Shown: positions 56,829-64,000 of the stretch, piece after piece | How the letters are laid out: each line of letters opens with the position of its first letter | Position numbering within the stretch: the first letter of the stretch is position 1 | IMG/VR virus record: IMGVR_UViG_3300009093_000034 | Coordinates: 62,001-126,000 of that record | DNA length: 64,000 nt | Reading direction: 5' to 3' (one strand) | Program-made: the position numbers and the translations under genes | The notes under the pieces: generated by a model | What the model saw: the letters and a program-made list of their open reading frames with translations, nothing else | Told to the model about the DNA's origin: nothing | Database searches by the model: none

Positions 56829-57407
56829 ATGAGTCTTGACAAAACACTAGAACAGCTTAACCAAGCTGCTAAGGCATTGAGAGAATCTCAAGTGTCTGCT
56901 CAGTACGATGAAGAGTACAACATGTTCGTTCCAGTCTTGCACAAGGGAGTCAAGTTCCTTGTGGGAACGTTGATCGAATCAGCTAACCCTGATTACAGCG
57001 TTCGAGAGATTAGAGCAGAAAACTTGAAGCCTACCTTAGGTTACATCTCTCCAGATGGAAAGACCTACGGTGAAGAAGTTTCTGGTCCTGCTGCTCTACG
57101 ATCTGAGATTTTGTCTGAGTTGGTTAGGCTAGCAGCTGGTTTCCAAGACGATGCAGTTTTGGTTTCTTCTGAAACTCAAGCAGCCGGAAAAGATTGGATC
57201 ATCGACCAGGGAACTGGTTGGGCTCCTGGTGAGCCTAACTTTAGAGATGGTGGATGGTTGACTGAAGATGAGTGGCCAATTGTGGAAGGTCTTAAGCTTC
57301 CAGTAGAGTGTCTTGAGGATGGAACAAAGCCTAAGGACATCACGAGTTGGGTCACTAAAGAGTATCTTGATCTTCTCAGTGAAGAACTTTTCTCTGACGA
57401 TTACTAA
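56829..57407 (+). CDS. hypothetical protein (late-motif gene)
   Basis: ACTAATT motif and RBS; LRES/LIES linkers; the ORF-track 5' extension overlaps tRNA-Gln. Confidence 0.6.
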   Translation: MSLDKTLEQLNQAAKALRESQVSAQYDEEYNMFVPVLHKGVKFLVGTLIESANPDYSVREIRAENLKPTLGYISPDGKTYGEEVSGPAALRSEILSELVRLAAGFQDDAVLVSSETQAAGKDWIIDQGTGWAPGEPNFRDGGWLTEDEWPIVEGLKLPVECLEDGTKPKDITSWVTKEYLDLLSEELFSDDY

Positions 57408-57429
57408 GATATTGAGTTGAATAGAACAT

Positions 57430-57503
57430 TGAGATTGCGCATAACGGCTGGTGCGGCTGCCTCTGAAGCAGCTTTTTAGTAGGTTCGACTCCTACAGTCT
57501 CAG
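57430..57503 (+). tRNA. tRNA-Gln(CTG)
   Basis: GCTGC-CTCTGAA-GCAGC. Confidence 0.85.
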
Positions 57504-57534
57504 GAAAAAGAAGAATGTGACTGAATATCCTTCC

Positions 57535-57865
57535 ACAGAAGGAAAAGTCGAGTGGCCGTGAAGAGCGGTTGTTCGGATAAGTCATATCCCTTGGTCAAGG
57601 CCCAAAGTAAGGACGGTTGGGGGTTGCGCAACCCTTGAGGTGCTTGCTCTCGCAAGAGAACAGGTTACAGCCGTGAAAGGGTGGTGTGGTATAAATCCTT
57701 GAGCTATACATTATGGCTATGTGATACCGCGCCCTGAAGGTAACCAATCCTTCCATCACTCCTTTAGTGGAGAAGTTTCAGACCCGACGGGGTTAGAAAC
57801 GGTGTGGCTGAATAGACTGGGAGAACATGATAAGTTGGGGGTAATAAGCTAATCCCTCCTTTCTT
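57535..57865 (+). ncRNA. candidate structured ncRNA (~330 nt)
   Basis: ORF-free, GC-elevated; hairpins with GCAA/GTGA-type loops. Confidence 0.45.
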
Positions 57866-57939
57866 CTTTTATTTTGACACTCATCCACCCATGGTGGAAG
57901 GAGATGAGGGCTCGTTTAACACACGAATCCCTTTTATAT

Positions 57940-58012
57940 CGGATAGTGGCTCAGCGGCAACAGCTCCTGATTTCCAATCAGGTACACGAGAGTTCGAGTC
58001 TCTCCTATCCGA
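57940..58012 (+). tRNA. tRNA-Gly(TCC)
   Basis: CCTGA-TTTCCAA-TCAGG. Confidence 0.82.
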
Positions 58013-58191
58013 GATCCTTTAAGGAGTTCATCGTGAGTATCGGAGTTCATTTTGATGATGAAGACACTGATGACTCTGGTTGGGATCACGGCATCATGTG
58101 GCGCGATGACTACGATGAAGACTGGACAGGTTTTTGGAATAGAACCCCTAAAGAGGATGAGAAACCAAGACCTGTGAGAAATGAAGAATAA

Positions 58192-58263
58192 CAGCCATTA
58201 GCGCAGCGGTAGCGCATCGCGTTTGGGACGCGAGGGTCGTCTGTTCAATCCAGACATGGCTGA
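58192..58263 (+). tRNA. tRNA-Pro(TGG)
   Basis: TCGCG-TTTGGGA-CGCGA. Confidence 0.9.
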
Positions 58264-58371
58264 TATCGGGGAAGCCAAACCCTTCAAATACGGATAGGTG
58301 GGAGACCGGCGAGTTATCAGGTCTTGGGCGGGCTAAGAAACCCTATAGTGTGGCCAACTCCACACTCGTTA

Positions 58372-58444
58372 CAGCCGGTGCAGTGCTACGGGAGACACAT
58401 CTGCTTTGGGAGCAGAGGAAGCGGTTCGAATCCGACGTCGGCTA
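58372..58444 (+). tRNA. tRNA-Pro(TGG), weak T stem
   Basis: TCTGC-TTTGGGA-GCAGA. Confidence 0.65.
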
Positions 58445-58454
58445 AATGTTTTAA

Positions 58455-58528
58455 CAGGATGTGGAGGAGCGGTCAACCTTACGATCTTCGGACGATCGGG
58501 CGCGTGGGTTCGAGTCCCACCATCCTGA
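58455..58528 (+). tRNA. tRNA-Pro(CGG)
   Basis: CGATC-TTCGGAC-GATCG. Confidence 0.88.
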
Positions 58529-58701
58529 TAATTAAATCCCAGAATCAACCAGTAATGGTTGCGAGGTTGCTTGAAAGAGCATCACGTTGTTCCGGTGAGA
58601 CGGTTCCGCGCCCCTGCATGCGAGGGAACTATCGGTCATTAGAACCGTTTGATTGGTGGATAAAAGGAACACCCAAGTGGAGTGGGAAGCTCTACAACAA
58701 C

Positions 58702-58775
58702 GCCGGGTGGGCAGGCTGGAGAATGCACCACTCCTACAAAGTGGCACCCGCTGGGTTCGATCCCCAGGCCCGGCA
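58702..58775 (+). tRNA. tRNA-Val(TAC) with C33
   Basis: CCACT-CCTACAA-AGTGG. Confidence 0.8.
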
Positions 58776-58809
58776 TCTCATGGTTATAACTGAACCTAAA
58801 GTTAAAAAT

Positions 58810-58890
58810 GCCAGGGTGGATAACATCGAATAGCACAGATGCCTGCCTTAGAAGCAGTGATCTTTGGGGGTGCAACTCCCCTCCCTGGTA
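58810..58890 (+). tRNA. atypical tRNA-Leu(TAG) with extra helix and no variable arm
   Basis: GCCAGGG/CCCTGGT+A; D loop GAATAGCACA; loop CTTAGAA. Confidence 0.8.
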
Positions 58891-59004
58891 CTTTAGAATC
58901 TTTTCTTGGAGGAAATGATGAATCTATTTATCGTCCTCCCCTCATTAGCTAGCTAACGATTTCGGCATGAGGGCGAGGTGAAACATTCACTGATCGTTTA
59001 TCAT

Positions 59005-59075
59005 GCCGTCCTAGCGTAAAGGTAGCGCACCCGATTGAAGATCGGTGGGACAGAGTTCAATTCTCTGGGTCGGCA
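59005..59075 (+). tRNA. tRNA-Phe(GAA)
   Basis: CCGA-TTGAAGA-TCGG. Confidence 0.82.
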
Positions 59076-59081
59076 CTTTTC

Positions 59082-59153
59082 GCCTTCGTAGCGTAAATGG
59101 TAGCGCACCAGACTGAAAATCTGAGGGAGAGGATTCGAGCGCCTCCGATGGCA
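59082..59153 (+). tRNA. tRNA-Phe(GAA)
   Basis: CAGA-CTGAAAA-TCTG. Confidence 0.8.
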
Positions 59154-59423
59154 TAGTGGAGACTTTTAATGTCACAAGAATTTCCTAGTGATCCTGAGAT
59201 TCGATATGATAGTGAAGGATTCTTGGAGCATGTTTGGCCAGATTCTGACACTGGGGAGTTAAAACCTCGCCACCAAGAAATTAGGAATGGTAAAGTTGTG
59301 GGTAAAGAAGAAACCATAACAATCATCATTCGTAGATAAATAGAAATTTGGTCTTTTATTTCAAAGTAGAATACTGTCCATTTGGGACGGAGATACTGAT
59401 TCACGACCAGTAGAGACCACCAT

Positions 59424-59499
59424 GGGCCTGTCGTATAATGTAAATTTCGCCTGGAATCGACTCTTGGAGATAGTGGTTCAAATCCACTCTGGCCTACCA
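59424..59499 (+). tRNA. tRNA-like gene with ambiguous anticodon, encoded CCA
   Basis: Good T arm (TTCAAAT) and ACCA end; irregular anticodon arm. Confidence 0.5.
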
Positions 59500-59511
59500 T
59501 TTGAAAACATC

Positions 59512-59584
59512 GGGGCGTTAGTATAACGCTATTATACCGATCATTGGACCGGAGAAGGTTGTTCAACTCAGCCACGCCCCACCA
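59512..59584 (+). tRNA. tRNA-like gene with ambiguous anticodon, encoded CCA
   Basis: Perfect GGGGCGT/ACGCCCC acceptor plus ACCA; irregular anticodon arm CCGATCATTGGACCGG. Confidence 0.55.
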
Positions 59585-59585
59585 T

Positions 59586-60221
59586 TTACTTACTATGAGT
59601 CAAACTCCAAGTAAGTTGGAAGATATCAAAAGCACCTTGACCAAGCAATCCCCAAAATAAAGTATCATCAGTTTTCTTGACTTGAGTTTCTATCTTGACA
59701 AGATTCTTTGGCTCTTGGTTTGTTACGTTAATGATCGGAACTGGAATCTTAGTGATCTGATCCTTGGTAGCATCTACCTTTGATCCTAGATCAACAACAG
59801 AGCCTTTGACATCAGAAATTGATTGATCAAGTTTACTGACTTTACCTTGAGTAGTTTCAATTGATGAACTTAGATCTGAGATCTTGTCATCAAGGTTTGA
59901 GATGGCAGAGAGTGAAAGAGTTTGGTTGTTCTTGACCTCTTCTTTGAGTTCTTGGACGGCTGCACTAAGAGCTTGAACTTTGCCTCTGTTAGCATTAGCC
60001 TTAGTCTCATCATCGCAACCTTTTAAAGTAAGACCTGCTGAAAGAGTTAGAGCAACTAGGAAGGTTGTGAGAGCGTGTTTGACGTAGTCTTCAAGAAAGT
60101 CTTTGAAGATATCCACAAAAAAATCTCTGATGGCTTCCCAACAATGTTGTAGAAAAGTCAAAACACCTTTGATCTCTGTTCTTTTTCTTTTTTCTTTTGG
60201 TTTCTTAGTCTCTTCACTCAT
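59586..60221 (-). CDS. membrane-anchored coiled-coil protein
   Basis: Hydrophobic helix then heptad coil; ATG 4 nt after ACTAATT. Confidence 0.6.
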   Translation of the reverse strand: MSEETKKPKEKRKRTEIKGVLTFLQHCWEAIRDFFVDIFKDFLEDYVKHALTTFLVALTLSAGLTLKGCDDETKANANRGKVQALSAAVQELKEEVKNNQTLSLSAISNLDDKISDLSSSIETTQGKVSKLDQSISDVKGSVVDLGSKVDATKDQITKIPVPIINVTNQEPKNLVKIETQVKKTDDTLFWGLLGQGAFDIFQLTWSLTHSK

Positions 60222-60273
60222 AAATAATTAGTCGAGCGCTTTATACTAACTTGAGTGTAAGGAGGACTCATTC

Positions 60274-60540
60274 ATGGCAGACGAACCACAGAAAGATGAA
60301 GGTCCAGTAGAAGATACCAAGGCCATTGCGTCTAAGATCATCGATGACGTTGTAGCTGGATACAACACAGTTGCAACTGACACAAAGAAAGTAGTTGAGA
60401 CCGTTAAGAAGGACGAGAAGATCCTTCAGGACAACATTGAAAAAGACGTAAGTTTCGTTAAGACAAATTGGGGATGGATCGGACCATTGGTTGGTTTCAT
60501 CGTTGGTTTTGGTTTAGCACTCTTGCTTCTAGCAAAGTAA
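60274..60540 (+). CDS. small protein with C-terminal TM helix
   Basis: ACTAACT motif and AAGGAGG RBS. Confidence 0.65.
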   Translation: MADEPQKDEGPVEDTKAIASKIIDDVVAGYNTVATDTKKVVETVKKDEKILQDNIEKDVSFVKTNWGWIGPLVGFIVGFGLALLLLAK

Positions 60541-60635
60541 ATAAAAGAAAGTCGCAGTGGTGGTAAGAGTTACTTCGCTGGTTGAAAGACCTGCCCATAA
60601 AGCTCACTCTCACCTAGCAATCTCGATTTTCATAT

Positions 60636-60716
60636 GCCGGAGTGGTTTATCGGGAATAGCAGACCGACCTGATTCAAAACCAGTGAGCCTTGGGAGTGCA
60701 ACTCTCCTCTCCGGTA
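60636..60716 (+). tRNA. atypical tRNA-Leu(CAA) with extra helix and no variable arm
   Basis: GCCGGAG/CTCCGGT+A; D loop GAATAGCAGA; loop TTCAAAA. Confidence 0.75.
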
Positions 60717-60720
60717 TACT

Positions 60721-60750
60721 AAGCCCTGTGAAAGCAGGGCTTTTCTTTTT
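60721..60750 (+). terminator. intrinsic terminator
   Basis: AAGCCCTG-TGAAAG-CAGGGCTT plus T run. Confidence 0.85.
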
Positions 60751-60759
60751 TGGAGCATC

Positions 60760-62019
60760 ATGAGTCAGAACTTAGAAACATCAGAGACGTTTAAGAGTCT
60801 ACTGAAGAAACACCAGAACCAAGGTTTAGACAAAGCTAACTTCTGGAGGAACGGCCACTTAGGACCAATTCCTCCTGATGTCCATAACAGTCTATCTAAC
60901 CAGATCAAGGACCAAAGAGAGTTCTTTGATCTACCAAAACCAGACATGTACGTTTGGTTGGTCTTTGGTGGCTACGACGATCTAGATAGTTTTCTAGACT
61001 ACTATTCCAAAGTTCTTCCAGAGAAAACGTACTTAATCTTCCTCTTAGATAAAAACCCTCCTTTGTCTATCCCAGAGTTGAAGAGTCGACTCTCTCCTAT
61101 CTTCCAACAAATTCTATTTCTCAAAATTCCTGATACCAGCTTGCACAGCTACGTAAAGGTTCAACTCCATTATTTCAGTGCGATCTACGCTAGACTGGGA
61201 TCTAATGCGTGGAATCTATTCGTAGATCTAGATGAATTTCTTCCACTTCCAAAAGAGTATCCCACCTTTCAAACCTTCTGTTCTATGTTGGAAGAGAAGA
61301 AGATCCTTCAACTCACCACTCTTATGGTCGATGCGTGGGAACTACAGTCTCATGGTCAAACAGACTTTTACTTTGACTCTCTTGGTCCTGATAAGAGTAA
61401 ATTTTTAACTAAACATCTTAAGAACAACTACATGATGGATAACGTTCTCAAGGACGAGAGCTACTTCATCTCCCCTGAAGGCATTCGATGTATGTTGTTC
61501 AACTTCTCAAGGAATGAACTCCTTGGGATCTTCTCTACGAGAATGGAAGAGACCGGCCAGAAGGTTGTGTTGATTAAGCCAAAGAACATGTCTTATGCTT
61601 ATCCAGTTTCTAGCCATGAACCTCACTTCGTCTATAGCTCTGTGAAAGAAGCTCTGGTGAAGTATCCGTTGATCCACAAGAAGTTTGTCAAGAAGTTCTA
61701 CACCAATGCCTTGGCCTCTGTTTATTCCAAAGAGAAACAGATCAAGGACGCAGGAAAAACCTCGTTTGGTTGGCCTGTAGAGATGAACTGGGTAGAGGAG
61801 ACTGAGAAGCTCTACTCCTCTTTGGATGGTTATGGACCCTACAAACTTCTAGGAGACCACGATGATGATCACTTCTTGGATCTCTTCAAAGATAGGTTCT
61901 TGAAGTTGTCAGAACTCGTAGACGATAAACTTCAACTTTCCTTATCAGATAACCAGTTCGGTTTGAAGTCAGGAGACAAGACCATGTATCCATTTCTACA
62001 CTTGGACCCTCTACTATGA
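60760..62019 (+). CDS. GT-A (family-2-like) glycosyltransferase paralogue 1
   Basis: WNLFVDLDEFL DxD motif. Confidence 0.6.
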   Translation: MSQNLETSETFKSLLKKHQNQGLDKANFWRNGHLGPIPPDVHNSLSNQIKDQREFFDLPKPDMYVWLVFGGYDDLDSFLDYYSKVLPEKTYLIFLLDKNPPLSIPELKSRLSPIFQQILFLKIPDTSLHSYVKVQLHYFSAIYARLGSNAWNLFVDLDEFLPLPKEYPTFQTFCSMLEEKKILQLTTLMVDAWELQSHGQTDFYFDSLGPDKSKFLTKHLKNNYMMDNVLKDESYFISPEGIRCMLFNFSRNELLGIFSTRMEETGQKVVLIKPKNMSYAYPVSSHEPHFVYSSVKEALVKYPLIHKKFVKKFYTNALASVYSKEKQIKDAGKTSFGWPVEMNWVEETEKLYSSLDGYGPYKLLGDHDDDHFLDLFKDRFLKLSELVDDKLQLSLSDNQFGLKSGDKTMYPFLHLDPLL

Positions 62020-63227
62020 ATCTAAAAGATTACTTGATCAAGAACCAAGAGTTGGGTCTTCCTTACGCCAACTACTACAGAAAAGACTTTGATGAGGTTC
62101 CTCTTCCAGAGGATATCAAACTTCAGATGGACTCCCAACTAAGAGACCAAAAACATATCATGAACCTTCTAGCTCCCGAGGCTTTCATCTGGATTGTCTA
62201 CTCAGGAGTTGAGGACATCACTGAGTTCTTATCTTACTATTCTAGAGTTCTCCCAAAGAACACTCGAGCCATTGTTCTGTTGGATCGATTGTCTCCTAAG
62301 CCAGCTAAAGAAGTCAAAGATCTTTTTGAAGCTGTTTGGACCACTTTATTTCTTGAGATCCCTGAGAACTGTACTTACAGTTTTGTCAGGGTCCAACTCT
62401 ATTACTTCTCCTATCTCTTCAACAGGCTAGGAAAGTGGACTTGGAACTTGTTCGTGGACGTGGATGAGTTTCTACCTTTACCTAAAGAACATCCAACTTT
62501 CTCTAGTTTGTTTCAACTACTGGACTCTAAGAACATCACTCAGCTTTGTACCACCCTGTTGGATACTTGGGAGCTTAGAAAAAATGGGATCTCAGATATG
62601 TACTTTGATTCCATGGAGGAAGAGGAGTTACAGAACAACTTAGACCTTCATCTCTCAAAGGGATGGTGGCTAACAGATAACCAAGATCTTCCTTTCTTAG
62701 AAACTGATGGAAAGAGACGTGTGTTTTACAACTTCTTCAGAAACAAGGTTCTTGGGATCACTAGTTACGATGACATCCTTCAGAAGACTGTCTTGGTCAA
62801 AAGAACAGACAACAACTACTTGTACTCATTGAGCAACCATGAACCTTTCTCTTTCTATCGTTCTGAGAATGAGTTTCTTGTTCGATATCCTTTGATCCAC
62901 AAGAAGTTCTTGAGAGACATTTATCCAAAAGCTCTTGCTTCTGTCTTCAAGAAAGAAAAACAGATCAAAGAACTTGGAAGAAACACCAACGCCTGGGCCG
63001 ATCACTTTTACTGGGTGGATGCTCTTGAAGAGCTCAATAAACAAGTAGGTGAAGGTTTCGGACCTTACAAGGTGTTAGGAGATCACGATGACGACTCTCT
63101 TTTTAGAGCTCATGGCTTTCACTTGTCCAAGTTGAGTGAACTAGTAGACAACGATCTTACGTTCTCTCTTAAAGATTTTCCTTACCAATCAATGTATCCG
63201 TTTCTCAATGTGGATCCTCTACTATGA
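62016..63227 (+). CDS. GT-A (family-2-like) glycosyltransferase paralogue 2
   Basis: WNLFVDVDEFL; colinear with paralogue 1, both ending YPFLxxDPLL. Confidence 0.6.
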   Translation: MNLKDYLIKNQELGLPYANYYRKDFDEVPLPEDIKLQMDSQLRDQKHIMNLLAPEAFIWIVYSGVEDITEFLSYYSRVLPKNTRAIVLLDRLSPKPAKEVKDLFEAVWTTLFLEIPENCTYSFVRVQLYYFSYLFNRLGKWTWNLFVDVDEFLPLPKEHPTFSSLFQLLDSKNITQLCTTLLDTWELRKNGISDMYFDSMEEEELQNNLDLHLSKGWWLTDNQDLPFLETDGKRRVFYNFFRNKVLGITSYDDILQKTVLVKRTDNNYLYSLSNHEPFSFYRSENEFLVRYPLIHKKFLRDIYPKALASVFKKEKQIKELGRNTNAWADHFYWVDALEELNKQVGEGFGPYKVLGDHDDDSLFRAHGFHLSKLSELVDNDLTFSLKDFPYQSMYPFLNVDPLL

Positions 63228-64000
63228 CCATAGATCTTGATGCTATTCAACGAAGGCTCAGACAAAATCAAGATAGGTTGGAGTTTCCTTACGATAGCAT
63301 TCATCCATGGAATCAGGCTTACTCGATCATAGATGAACTCAAAGTTGAACTAGACAAGCAGTTAAAAGGACAGCAAGACTTCTTCAAACGACTAAAACCG
63401 AAGATGTATCTTTGGGTGGTGATTGGAGAGAACGATGATCACAAGAAGTTCATTTCTTACTATTCCAAGATCCTTCCTAGAGATACCGAAGCCATCTTGT
63501 TGTTTGACCATGTGAGTGAGGCAACTAAGAAACAGTTTCTAAAAGCGTGGCCTAACTCTCTTATCTTGAACGTTCCTGATTTTAATTATCACTATGATAA
63601 GGTCAGGTTCACTTTTTTCTCGTCTCTCTATCCTAAGTTAGGTGAGGACGTTTGGAACTTGTTTCTAGATCTAGATGAGTTCTTACCTTTGTTCTCAGAT
63701 CACTATGACATTGAAGGTCTTTGCGAGTTGTTGGAGAGAAAGAAGATCACCCAACTCACTTCGATCATGCTAGATGTTTGGGAGCTCCAAAAATGTGGAC
63801 AAAGAGATTTGTACTTTGATTCCTTTGGAGACAAAGGTCATCAGATTGCCAGAGAGAACTATTACTTGAATCATCGATACGACCCTGTGGTTCAGTACGA
63901 GAAAGACGTCTTGTTCGGGGTAGATCTCAACAAAGGCGAGAACTTCTTCATCAAAGAGAACGGATTTAGAGTAATGAACTTTCAACATCTAAGAGGAAAG
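63224..64000 (+). CDS. GT-A-like paralogue 3, truncated by the window end (not in ORF track)
   Basis: Open frame from ATG 63224 encoding WNLFLDLDEFLP. Confidence 0.6.
   Translation, partial: MTIDLDAIQRRLRQNQDRLEFPYDSIHPWNQAYSIIDELKVELDKQLKGQQDFFKRLKPKMYLWVVIGENDDHKKFISYYSKILPRDTEAILLFDHVSEATKKQFLKAWPNSLILNVPDFNYHYDKVRFTFFSSLYPKLGEDVWNLFLDLDEFLPLFSDHYDIEGLCELLERKKITQLTSIMLDVWELQKCGQRDLYFDSFGDKGHQIARENYYLNHRYDPVVQYEKDVLFGVDLNKGENFFIKENGFRVMNFQHLRGK

Noticed and set aside
57535-57865. RNase P RNA or group I/II intron
   Set aside because: Only a loose GGAAAAGTC resemblance; the RNase P 3' consensus, group I P7 and group II domain V were not found by eye.

Overview
A 64-kb slice of a large, T4-like (jumbo) dsDNA bacteriophage genome, most plausibly infecting a spirochaete. 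The host call rests on a Treponema-type FliM/FliN homologue, spirochaetal-style lipoproteins, a LysM lipoprotein and a DUF4032-like protein. Left half: virion and tail-fibre genes with paralogous C1q-like tips, accessory ORFs, a nucleotidyltransferase cluster, Rnl1-type RNA ligase, a sigma-like factor, the N-terminal half of a split family-A DNA polymerase, GroEL, NUDIX, a flagellar-switch chimera frameshifted in a (CT)n tract, a candidate lysis cassette and a radical SAM gene. Right half (about 45.9-60.7 kb): an array of about 42 tRNA or tRNA-like genes interleaved with small ORFs, an ADP-ribosyltransferase, an HNH nuclease and several long structured non-coding segments, followed by tandem GT-A-like paralogues. 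The most striking observations are (1) three tRNA-Leu genes (UAA, UAG, CAA) sharing a non-canonical fold with a covarying extra helix in place of the variable arm, (2) a phage-borne FliM-FliN chimera, (3) a ~570-nt ornate RNA with a duplicated module, (4) an ACTAAYT-N4-ATG promoter motif implying leaderless late mRNAs, and (5) a split polymerase ending in a Hint-like stub. All family assignments come from motif recognition by eye; no database searches or folding programs were run, and tRNA/ncRNA ends may be off by a few bases.
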